A stretch of 64,000 bases of DNA from Cyanobium sp. FGCU6 (lineage in GTDB: Bacteria; Cyanobacteriota; Cyanobacteriia; PCC-6307; Cyanobiaceae): assembly GCA_024958655.1 (NCBI GenBank), contig JANWUR010000013.1:35043-99042 (forward strand). Reading direction: 5' to 3'. The notes beneath the pieces are model-generated. The model searched no databases, was not told the origin of the DNA, and worked only from the letters and a program-made list of their open reading frames with translations. A program made the translations under genes and the position numbers. Positions within the stretch are counted from its first letter, which is position 1, and each line of letters opens with the position of its first letter. Below are positions 18,480 to 27,111 of the stretch, one piece after another.

Positions 18480-19199
18480 TCAGCGCCCCGGACGGCTCAC
18501 CGCCTTGCCATGGCCCCGCACCGGCCGCGGCCGTTCCGGTCCACCAGCACGCTCGCCGCCGCGCTCGCCGCCGCGTTCGCCGGCCGGCCTCTCGCCGCCA
18601 CCCCGCCGGCCCTTGCCGCCGCGGTTGCCGCGCTGGGCCAGGGGGCCCAGCACCTCAAGCGACTCCAGCACCAGCTGCTGGCCCTGACGCCGCAGATCGA
18701 GGGCAACGAAGTGGCGCAGGTGCTCGAGGGGGATCGTTCCTCTGAGCTGAAGCTTGAAGGGCACGGGCCGGGTGCCGTCAGCACGGGGCTGCTGGCGCAC
18801 CTTCACCACCAGGTCGCCGGTCTCGGGGCGGGTGAAGATAAGCTCGCCGCGCACGGAGAAATAGTCGTCGCCTTCGGGGAGGACGTCCCCGGCCCCCTCG
18901 GGCTCGCCGGCCGAGAGGGTGCTCGGCTCCCACACCCCCACCATCTGCAGATGCAGGCGGTCCTGCTCGCGGCAACGGGGGTAGACCACCCAGAGATGGG
19001 GCTCGGAGAGATCGAGATGGCGCCGCATCAGGGTGAGCAGGCGACCCAGCACCACCGCCTCGATCTCATCGCCCTCGGCGGTCCGGATCAGGCCGCGGGT
19101 GAGGGCCTCGGGCTCGGCCGGCACGTAAACGCCCCGCACCACGCCGATGGCCCGGTACTGGTTCGGTTCGGTGACCGGGGGGATGGGGTGCTGGCGCAT
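18480..19199 (-). CDS. Conserved cyanobacterial hypothetical protein
   Basis: MRQHPIPPVTEPNQYRAIGVVRG...HLWVVYPR...FSVRGELIF. Confidence 0.8.
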   Translation of the reverse strand: MRQHPIPPVTEPNQYRAIGVVRGVYVPAEPEALTRGLIRTAEGDEIEAVVLGRLLTLMRRHLDLSEPHLWVVYPRCREQDRLHLQMVGVWEPSTLSAGEPEGAGDVLPEGDDYFSVRGELIFTRPETGDLVVKVRQQPRADGTRPVPFKLQLRGTIPLEHLRHFVALDLRRQGQQLVLESLEVLGPLAQRGNRGGKGRRGGGERPAGERGGERGGERAGGPERPRPVRGHGKAVSRPGR

Positions 19200-19322
19200 G
19201 GGGTGGGGAGAAGGTTCCCGCCGGAACCGAAGGTCCGGCCGCGCCAATGTAACCAGCCCCGGCGGTAGCCTCCGTCGTCGGCGTGGTGATCCCCACCAGC
19301 CGTTCCGCCGCCCTTCCAACGG

Positions 19323-20171
19323 ATGCCGACGCCGAAGCCACGCCTTGCGGGCCTCTGGTGGCTGCCCGCCCTGATTCTGGCGCTGGCGGTTGCCCTCGGC
19401 GGCGGCTGGTGGCTGGGGCGACGGCAGGCCCCCGCGCCCGCCGCCGGCAACCCCCGGCGCAGCGAAGTCGCCCGCGAGGCCGCCCGCCTCAGGAGCCAGC
19501 TGGACCGCGGCGTGGCCGGCGATGCGGAGCGACAGAGGCTGCTGGAGCTGCTGGTTGGACTGGAGCGCAAGTCGGAGGCGATCGCCCTGCTGGAGCCGAT
19601 GGCCGACCGCGAGCCTGACCGCTGGTCGCTGCGGCTGATGCTGGCGGAGCTGCGCCGCGACGGCGGTGATCGACGCGGTGCCGAACGGGAACTGCGCCAG
19701 ATCCTCTCCCGCCATCCCCTTCAGGAGGAAAGTCTGCAGCTGCTCAGCCTGCTGATGCTGGAGACAGGTCGCGGCAGCGAGGCGGAGTCGAAGGTGAAGA
19801 TCGCCTATGGGAACGCCACCCGCAGCGAGGTGCGCCCCGAAGCCCTGGGGCTGGGGTTGCTGCTGGCGGAACTGCAGCAGCGGCGCCAGCAGCGTCCTGC
19901 CGCTGAGGCCACCCTCACCAGGCTGGCCCAGCAGTTCCCGACAGACCAGCGTCCGCTGCTGGCCCTGGCGCTGCTGCGCCATGAGGGGGGAGATCGCAAG
20001 GGTGCCCAGGAAGCGCTTGCCCTGGCCCGGCAGCGGAATCCTGAGCCGGGCCTACGCGACCGCCAGCTGGATCGGCTGGCGGCCGGCTGGGGGCTGGCCT
20101 CCCTCAGGGAGTCCGCACCGTCGAAGCCGGGCTCGCCTTCGGCGCCGTCGTCTGGGCCTCGAAATCCCTGA
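19323..20171 (+). CDS. Membrane-anchored TPR protein
   Basis: N-terminal TM followed by helical TPR-like repeats. Confidence 0.75.
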   Translation: MPTPKPRLAGLWWLPALILALAVALGGGWWLGRRQAPAPAAGNPRRSEVAREAARLRSQLDRGVAGDAERQRLLELLVGLERKSEAIALLEPMADREPDRWSLRLMLAELRRDGGDRRGAERELRQILSRHPLQEESLQLLSLLMLETGRGSEAESKVKIAYGNATRSEVRPEALGLGLLLAELQQRRQQRPAAEATLTRLAQQFPTDQRPLLALALLRHEGGDRKGAQEALALARQRNPEPGLRDRQLDRLAAGWGLASLRESAPSKPGSPSAPSSGPRNP

Positions 20172-20457
20172 GGGCCTGATCCACCGCCGAACCCGGAGGG
20201 GTGGCATCGTCCATGGCACTGGCCCGACGCAGCTTGTTCATCAGATCGATCGGATTGGTGGATTCGAGGATCGTTCCCCCCCGACCGTTGGGATTGGTGC
20301 CGCCGTCGAGCAACTGGCGCTGCTGCTGTTCCGTGCCGAGGGTCTGGCCGTAGCCGGCCTGCTGGGCAGCAGCCGGGGAAGCGGCGATCGGCCCGAGGGC
20401 CAGCACAACAGCCAGCAGGGCGGAAGAGCGAAAGGGGTGGGAGAGGGTGCGGCCCAT
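20104..20457 (-). CDS. Secreted conserved hypothetical protein
   Basis: Signal peptide ending AAAQ; NPIDLMNKLRRASAMDDATPP motif. Confidence 0.75.
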   Translation of the reverse strand: MGRTLSHPFRSSALLAVVLALGPIAASPAAAQQAGYGQTLGTEQQQRQLLDGGTNPNGRGGTILESTNPIDLMNKLRRASAMDDATPPGSAVDQALRDFEAQTTAPKASPASTVRTP

Positions 20458-20535
20458 AGAGACTTCCGGGGCCGGCACTACAGCCGGCGACTCACGATAG
20501 TGGTCCCAATCTAAGAGCCTCCTCCGGAAGCCACG

Positions 20536-21372
20536 ATGCGGATCGCCAGCTGGAACGTGAACTCGGTGCGCATGCGCCTGGAGCAGGTGCGGCAATGGCT
20601 GGCTGCGGAACGCCCCGAGGTGCTGTGCCTGCAGGAGACCAAGGTGGCCGACGAGCTGTTTCCCCACGACGCCTTCCTGGATCTGGGCTACAGCGCGGCG
20701 ATCAGCGGTCAGAAGGCCTACAACGGCGTGGCCATCCTCAGCCGGGTCCCCGTGGAGGATGTGATGGTGGGGTTCTCGGCCCTCCTGCCGGACGACGCCG
20801 AAGCCATCGAACTGGAGGCGCAGAAGCGTGTGATCAGCGCCCGGATCGAGGGGCTGCGGGTGCTCGACCTGTACGTGCCCAACGGCTCCTCGCTCCGCTC
20901 GGAGAAATACGCCTACAAGCTGGCGTGGCTGGCCTGCCTGCGTCGCTACCTGGAGGTCCAGGAGCGGCAGGGGGAACCGCTGGTGATGGTGGGCGACTTC
21001 AACATCGCACCGGAATCCCGCGACCTTCACGACCCTGAGAAGCTCACCGGCTCGATCATGGCCAGCGAAGCCGAGCGCGAAGCGCTGGCCGCGCTTCTGG
21101 GAGAGCGGCTGGTCGATGCCTTCCGCCTGTTCGAAAGCGAGGCGGGCCACTGGAGCTGGTGGGACTACCGCACCGGGGCCTGGGACCGGGATCGGGGCTG
21201 GCGGATCGACCATGTCTATCTCGATCACGACCTGCAGGAGTGCGCCACGGGCTGTGTGATCCACAAGCGGATGCGCGGCAACGAGCAGCCCAGCGACCAT
21301 GCGCCTGTGGTGGTGCACCTCGACTGGCCGCCCTCTGACGGCGAGGACCAGGAGGATGGCGAGGAGATCTGA
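20536..21372 (+). CDS. xthA: Exodeoxyribonuclease III
   Basis: MRIASWNVNS, LQETK, YVPNG, GDFNIAP, RIDH, SDHAP. Confidence 0.96.
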   Translation: MRIASWNVNSVRMRLEQVRQWLAAERPEVLCLQETKVADELFPHDAFLDLGYSAAISGQKAYNGVAILSRVPVEDVMVGFSALLPDDAEAIELEAQKRVISARIEGLRVLDLYVPNGSSLRSEKYAYKLAWLACLRRYLEVQERQGEPLVMVGDFNIAPESRDLHDPEKLTGSIMASEAEREALAALLGERLVDAFRLFESEAGHWSWWDYRTGAWDRDRGWRIDHVYLDHDLQECATGCVIHKRMRGNEQPSDHAPVVVHLDWPPSDGEDQEDGEEI

Positions 21373-21400
21373 AGCGGCCCGCTGGCGACAGACGAGGCCG

Positions 21401-22675
21401 TCAGCCCCTGGCCAGCATGCGGGCGAGCAGCTGCGGTTCGCGGCCCGGCAGGGCCATCAGTCCCCAGCGCACGTCCCAGGGCGCCAGACCGTAGAGCCGC
21501 ACCATCGCCGCCAGCAGCTGCCGGGGCGTGAGGGTGTTGGTGAGGAAGCCAAACCACTGCTCAGGGGGCAGAGCGAAGAAGGTGGCGAAGTGGTGGCGCA
21601 GGCGGGCCTCGTCGAAGCGCATCAGCTTCTCGAGCCCGAAGCGGAAGAAGGCATGGTTCCAGCGCCGATCCGCCGGCCACAGCCCCTGCCAGGCGGCCCT
21701 GGCCAGAGCATCCCCGCCGAGGCCCCCATCCAGAGCTGACGCGATGGCAGTGGCAAGATCCGGTGCCCGCCGCAGCAGCCCTCCCACCAGGTAACCCGAG
21801 GCGGGATGCACCATGCCGGCGGCGCCGCCGAAGCCCACCACCCGCTGGGAGAGATCGGGCAGCGGCGGATTCATCGGGAACAGGCAGAACTCCTCGTGCT
21901 CCAGCTCCAGCACCGGCGCCCCACGATGGGCCAGACGGCGATGCAGCCGATTCCGGAGCACCGGGAACGGCACCGGCGGTGCCAGGGCGAGGGACGTTTC
22001 CTCCACGAAGAAGCGCCCTTCGCCCAGATCCATCGCATAGAGAAAGGTCGGGGGCTCGACGCGGCGCTCCTGCTCCTCGAGATGGTCGGCCCTGTAATCC
22101 ATGAACACGAACTGCCCTGGGGCAATCGGCGGCGCTGCGAAGCGTCCGACGATGCCGTAGGCCGCCTGGCCGGCGATGGGGCCGTCGGCGGGGCGCTGAA
22201 CGAACACCGGCTCATGGCCGGTGGCATCAACCACCAACCGCGCTGGCAACGCCTCTGCCGCGGCGGTCGTCACCACGGAGGAGCCGGCGTCATGGTGGAT
22301 CGAGGCCGCCTGTCCCCGGTGCCAGCGCAGGCCGGCCCGCTCCCCTGCCCCCAGCCAGTGGGCCTGCAGGGCCGCCTTGTCGAACAGGCCGTAGTCCCGC
22401 CCGTGGCGGATCGGGCCAGCATCGCCCGGGCCCCCGTTGCCGAACCAGCTGATGGTGTCGCTCCAGCGATGGGCGAGCAGGTGGGCCAGACCCAGGCCCT
22501 CCACCTCGTCGGCCCAGATTCCGTAGGTGTTGGTCCAGGGCGCATCGGGTTCACCGGCGGCGAGGGCCTCGACCCGCAGGCCCCGCTCGCAGAGGGCCGC
22601 GGCGATGGTGAGGGCGGCGGGGCCGGCCCCGATCACGAGCACGTCGGGAGTGGTCAGGGGAGAGCAGGCGAGCAA
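21401..22675 (-). CDS. crtL: Lycopene cyclase (CrtL type)
   Basis: DVLVIGAGPAA FAD motif, NTYGIW, FVEETSLA, VHPASGY. Confidence 0.93.
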   Translation of the reverse strand: MLACSPLTTPDVLVIGAGPAALTIAAALCERGLRVEALAAGEPDAPWTNTYGIWADEVEGLGLAHLLAHRWSDTISWFGNGGPGDAGPIRHGRDYGLFDKAALQAHWLGAGERAGLRWHRGQAASIHHDAGSSVVTTAAAEALPARLVVDATGHEPVFVQRPADGPIAGQAAYGIVGRFAAPPIAPGQFVFMDYRADHLEEQERRVEPPTFLYAMDLGEGRFFVEETSLALAPPVPFPVLRNRLHRRLAHRGAPVLELEHEEFCLFPMNPPLPDLSQRVVGFGGAAGMVHPASGYLVGGLLRRAPDLATAIASALDGGLGGDALARAAWQGLWPADRRWNHAFFRFGLEKLMRFDEARLRHHFATFFALPPEQWFGFLTNTLTPRQLLAAMVRLYGLAPWDVRWGLMALPGREPQLLARMLARG

Positions 22676-23192
22676 CGCCCCAATCGTTCCACGGCGGATC
22701 GGGTTACGGCCGGCAGCGTTGGCCGGGACCTAGCTCAGCTCAGCCTCCGAGCCGTGAGGGAAGGAGGCGCGCCGGGCAGGCGAGCGAGGCTGAGCAGGGC
22801 CATGTGGAGACCAGCACTCCACGGTGGCCGCAGAAGCCCCCCGACACTGGAGGTGACCGTGTCCGAGCGACCAAACCGCTGAGCCGGAGCAGTCGCAGAT
22901 GGCGACGGCGTCGATGGGCTGGATTTCGACCCGGGCTGCCTGGTAGCCGCGAGCGGGCCCGCTGCCCCAGCGGTGATCGATCCGCCGGGAAAGGCATACA
23001 GGTGGGAGGAGGCCTGCAACGCTGTTCGTGATGGCGCTGCAGAGAACCTGCACTGGAAAGGATCTGCCCGCGCAGGCTCTGCCGTAGGAGCCGTCAGGAC
23101 GAAGGCAGGCATTGAGCCTACGCCGAAGTGCCTGGATCGCTGCCGCCCGGTTCTCCCAGGCTTGACATCAGACGCCAGATGGCCAAGCGGGT

Positions 23193-25547
23193 TCAGATAA
23201 CCTGCAGTGGCGCCAGGTCTCCCGTGTAGCCGGTGATGGCATCGGCAGAGTTGGGGAAGGCAGCCGTGCTGTTGTTGATCGCGAAAAATGTTCGCCTGGC
23301 GTCTGAGGCTCCAAAGGTGACTACCGATGAACGATTGGCCTTGAAGTCACCGGTCGTCCTGAGCAGCTGGCTGACAGGACCGCTGCCCAGTTTCGTAGGT
23401 TGAGGGCTGGAGATCTGGACCGTCGGGGGTCGATTCAGAGAGGCATCGATGATATGACTGCCCTTGGCGAAATCGGTGATGAAATCGTTGGCCGTGAACG
23501 TCGACTTGGTCGACTTGGACAGCCGGAAGGTGTCGGTGCCGCCTTGGCCGGTGTTGGAGTTGCTCTTCGTGCTGAAGGTATTCGGCCCGATTGTTCCCCT
23601 CATCTGAACATCATCATTGAGGATCACTCCAGTGATCGGATCTGCGGTAGCAATAATGTATTCGGAACTGGCGGCCAGAGTCAGCGACACTGTTTCGTTG
23701 GTCTCCACCGTCAGATCTGCTGAGGGATTGACGACGACGGTGGCGGTGGCAGATCCAGCCATGAACTGAACGGACTTGGTGCTCCCAGTCGCAGCAATCC
23801 CGGTGTAGTCGCTGTCGAGGGTGGCGGTTCCACCTACGGCATAACTGACTGTAAGGGGATTACCGGTGGAACCTGAGCGGGTGAATGTGTAGGTGAGATT
23901 GGAGGTTCCATCTTCTGTGACCGAAGCAGGAGTCAGGTCGAGGGAGACGGATGGCAGCGCCGGCGATAGTGGCGTTTGCGGAGAGCCGAACAGGAAGATA
24001 TCGTGAGCCGAAAGAACTGGCTTACCCTCAAGGACCGCAAAGGCAATTCCCTGAACCGCTCCCGCGCCATCCGAGTCATAGGAGAGGGTACCGGAAGAAA
24101 GATTGTAAATAATCTGACTCCTCAGAGCAGCTGTCAGGCCCGTCGAATTGGATACGAATGAATTCGCATCCAGTAGACCGTTGGTCGAATCGAGACCGGC
24201 GAATCTCGAGACATCCAGCCAGATCTGATCCGGGGTGCCGGAGGCCGCCTCAAAACCACGGATCGTGTCAACGTTCGCCTGGGAATCAAGGGGTGCCCAG
24301 AAGACAAACGCATCGAAGGCGCTTGAGGCTCCATTCAGCTGATCGTTCCCGGGGCCCCCGCTGAGCCAGTTGCTGGCAGATCCACCAATTGGAGACATGT
24401 TCAACTGATCATCCTTCACCCCACCGACATGGAGACTGTTGAAAAGAGTTCCATTCACCGTATTGGAACCGAACACCAATTCACCTGGCGTCGACAGCTC
24501 GCTTCGTACGGCCAGTCCATTATTGAAGGTATTGCCCGATAGGGTTAGGGTTTTCTGGACCACGCTGGCATCCGAGTCGGAGCGGATCATCACCCCGTAG
24601 CCTCCGGTCAACAGATCGAAAGTATTGCCCGATATCACCGTTCTGAGACCAAACGTTCCGTCTGGAGTGAAATGCTTAGATTTATAATCCTGCCAAACAG
24701 CACCTCCATCAGACACATTGAAGAAGTAGTCGAAGAACGCCCCCGAATTCAGGTAATTATTGGAAAAGAAACCGCCAGAATTATAGAAGCGTTCTCCGCG
24801 CGGGTTGTAAGCTGTATCCGTACCGTCATCCTGCTTGATCAGACCAGCACCCAGAAATCTGTTGGCGTGGACGCGAGCATCTGGAACGGCAAAGAATAAA
24901 ACAGATGAACTGTAGCCAGATTCGTCAAACTCGCTGTTGAGAATCTGAACGTTCCGGCCGCCCTCGTTGAAAACGAAGAAGCCGCCTCCCGTACCGAAGA
25001 GGGGGTCGTAGCCGAATTGTCCGGACAGGGAGACCTTGATGGCGTCAAAGGTGACGTCATTTGAGCCGGAGATATCCATGTACGTGCCGCTGACTCCAAC
25101 GGCACCTAGATGCTGGCCGGAAAACGATACGTTCCTAAGGGAGTAGTTGCTGATAGTAGGAGCGTCTGGATCAAAGGGGATACTTCCCTTGCTGGGGGAG
25201 AAGATATATCCACTTGCGCCGGCGTAAACCAATAAAAGATCCTCGACCCTCATGCCGCTCGGGGCAATCGATCCATCAACCCCACGGGCATAAAGGCTTG
25301 CATTGCCGCCGATCGTCGTGCGCTGGGCCCCCGCCCCCTTGACTGTCAGGTTTGATGAAGCAGATCCCGCCAATGTGGCGGCTGAAGCTCCGGGCTTCTC
25401 CGGCGTTGCCGAATCATTGTCTGACTTGGTGATATTAAATGAGCCGGCACTGAGAACGATGGTCGATCCGGAGGCCGCTGCGGTCAACGCGGATCGAATA
25501 GTCGGATAGGTTGTGGTATTGATCTTGATGCTGGGAACGTCAGACAT
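23193..25547 (-). CDS. Large secreted/surface protein: beta-helix-like N-terminus, RTX-type module, Calx-beta domain, bluetail-like C-terminus
   Basis: SVTEDGTSNLTYTFTRSG...ETNETVSLTL (Calx-beta); GGPGNDQL; C-terminal DFITDF...TFFAINNSTAAF...ITGYTGDL; lower GC than the core. Confidence 0.85.
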   Translation of the reverse strand: MSDVPSIKINTTTYPTIRSALTAAASGSTIVLSAGSFNITKSDNDSATPEKPGASAATLAGSASSNLTVKGAGAQRTTIGGNASLYARGVDGSIAPSGMRVEDLLLVYAGASGYIFSPSKGSIPFDPDAPTISNYSLRNVSFSGQHLGAVGVSGTYMDISGSNDVTFDAIKVSLSGQFGYDPLFGTGGGFFVFNEGGRNVQILNSEFDESGYSSSVLFFAVPDARVHANRFLGAGLIKQDDGTDTAYNPRGERFYNSGGFFSNNYLNSGAFFDYFFNVSDGGAVWQDYKSKHFTPDGTFGLRTVISGNTFDLLTGGYGVMIRSDSDASVVQKTLTLSGNTFNNGLAVRSELSTPGELVFGSNTVNGTLFNSLHVGGVKDDQLNMSPIGGSASNWLSGGPGNDQLNGASSAFDAFVFWAPLDSQANVDTIRGFEAASGTPDQIWLDVSRFAGLDSTNGLLDANSFVSNSTGLTAALRSQIIYNLSSGTLSYDSDGAGAVQGIAFAVLEGKPVLSAHDIFLFGSPQTPLSPALPSVSLDLTPASVTEDGTSNLTYTFTRSGSTGNPLTVSYAVGGTATLDSDYTGIAATGSTKSVQFMAGSATATVVVNPSADLTVETNETVSLTLAASSEYIIATADPITGVILNDDVQMRGTIGPNTFSTKSNSNTGQGGTDTFRLSKSTKSTFTANDFITDFAKGSHIIDASLNRPPTVQISSPQPTKLGSGPVSQLLRTTGDFKANRSSVVTFGASDARRTFFAINNSTAAFPNSADAITGYTGDLAPLQVI

Positions 25548-25758
25548 GCGGGAGGAGGGTTATGGGGAAGGATCATCCGACTCTTGCGGTCGGCTCAGCC
25601 TCTTGGACGCTTTCACTACGAGAGAGGATAACGTCAGCCCTGCCCCTTCAGCACCTGGACCAGGAGGTCGCGCAGGAGGGCAGGGCTCATGAAGCGGCCG
25701 ACTTCTGCTCCTCCTGCTGCCGCCTGGACGTCTGACGGTGGCACTCAAGGCGGCGCCA

Positions 25759-26994
25759 TCACAACCGGCGAAGCAGATCGGCTTTCTTGGCCGCGAATTC
25801 CTCCTCGGTGAGGATGCCCTTGTCCCTCAGCGCACCGAGGCGGGCCAGAGCGTCGAGCACGTCGCCCTCCCCGGAGTCACGGGCGGATTCCGCCGCCTGC
25901 GGCTCGGGCGCCGACGCCGCGGGCCGCACCTCCGGCAGCGTGGAAAGGGCAACGCTGCCGCTGCCGGTGGTGAACCGCACCCCATCCGCGCCACTGTCCT
26001 GAGAGCAGCCGGAGATCTGCAGGTCGCCGGTGTCGTGCAGGCTCAGGGCTCCGTTCAGCTCCACCGCCAACCGGCGTGCCGCCGGGAAGAAGGCATAGCG
26101 CAGCTCGTTCTGGGCACCTGTGGAACTGGGGCTGCCCAGGTCCTTCGGCCACCAGGGCTCCGCCGAGCCCATCGGCGAGAACGTCATCGGTGCCATCGCC
26201 CCCATCGGTGGCATGCCGGCCATGGGCGCCATCGAACCCAGGCCTGCCATAGGCGTCACGCCGGTGCTCACCTGCTGCTGCTGCTGGCTTCCCCCACCGG
26301 AGCTCTGGGCCTGCTGGAACGTGCCGCCGCCGGTGCTGGCCAGACTCGCCAGGCTCACACTCCCACCGGGCGTGCTGAACACCACGGCACCGCCGGGGCC
26401 CTGCTGCTGGGAGAGCCCGGCGATCTGGTGCTCGCCGGTGTCGTACACACTCACCTTTCCGTTCGCCTCCACGGCGAGGCGGCCGGCGGCGGGGAAGAAG
26501 GCGTAGCGCACCTCGTTCTGGGCACCCATGGCACTGGGGGTACCCAGCTCCTTCGGCCACCAGGTATCACGCGGATCCGGCGTGAACAGGCTGCCGCCCC
26601 CGGCACCCATCGGCGGCATGGGCGTCATCCCCCCCACCTGCATCTGCTGGCCCGTACCACCCACCTGCATCTGCTGGCCGCCGCCGCTCTGGCTCTGGGC
26701 CTGGAAGCTGCCGGTCGGGAACAGGTCGGGCTGGCTGGCGAGCTGAGCGGCGATCGCCTGGCAGAGCCCGTCGACCCTCGCCTTGAGGGCGTGGTTGAAC
26801 ATGTCACCCAGCATCAACATGCCGCCCCGCATCCACTGCCCCGAGCCGGCGAACTCCGGATGGTTGAACTGAGCCATGCCGCCCCGTCCGCGGAGCATGG
26901 CGACCATCATGTGGTAGACAGCCTCCTGGCTGAAGCCGTAGCGCTGAGACAGTTCAGTGACGACCCTGAGGCCCTCGGGGGTCAGTTGTTCCAT
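25759..26994 (-). CDS. SHOCT-domain protein with an internal duplication
   Basis: AQFNHPEFAGSGQWM N-domain; two WWPKxLGxPS...GAQNExRYAFFP repeats; C-terminal LARLGALRDKGILTEEEFAAKK. Confidence 0.85.
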   Translation of the reverse strand: MEQLTPEGLRVVTELSQRYGFSQEAVYHMMVAMLRGRGGMAQFNHPEFAGSGQWMRGGMLMLGDMFNHALKARVDGLCQAIAAQLASQPDLFPTGSFQAQSQSGGGQQMQVGGTGQQMQVGGMTPMPPMGAGGGSLFTPDPRDTWWPKELGTPSAMGAQNEVRYAFFPAAGRLAVEANGKVSVYDTGEHQIAGLSQQQGPGGAVVFSTPGGSVSLASLASTGGGTFQQAQSSGGGSQQQQQVSTGVTPMAGLGSMAPMAGMPPMGAMAPMTFSPMGSAEPWWPKDLGSPSSTGAQNELRYAFFPAARRLAVELNGALSLHDTGDLQISGCSQDSGADGVRFTTGSGSVALSTLPEVRPAASAPEPQAAESARDSGEGDVLDALARLGALRDKGILTEEEFAAKKADLLRRL

Positions 26995-27071
26995 CGCTAC
27001 GGCAGGCACAGTCCTTGAACCGTACGCACGTCCCTTGCGCTTCCGTATGGGATGTGGCAGGGCGCACATCG

Positions 27072-27101
27072 AAAGGCCCGCCGGAGCGAACCGGGAGGCC
27101 C
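27072..27101 (-). terminator. Probable intrinsic terminator of gyrA
   Basis: GC hairpin gggcctcccgg-ttcgct-ccggcgggcc followed by TTT just after the gyrA stop. Confidence 0.5.
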
Positions 27102-27111
27102 GAGCAGGGGC

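Noticed and set aside
22730-23190. ORFs between crtL and the surface-protein gene
   Set aside because: Several overlapping frames with partial codon bias and no recognisable family; probably an island-edge remnant.
25640-25700. Weak similarity to 5715-5770, both upstream of T1SS-type island genes
   Set aside because: Only short patchy matches in GC-rich DNA; cannot be distinguished from chance.
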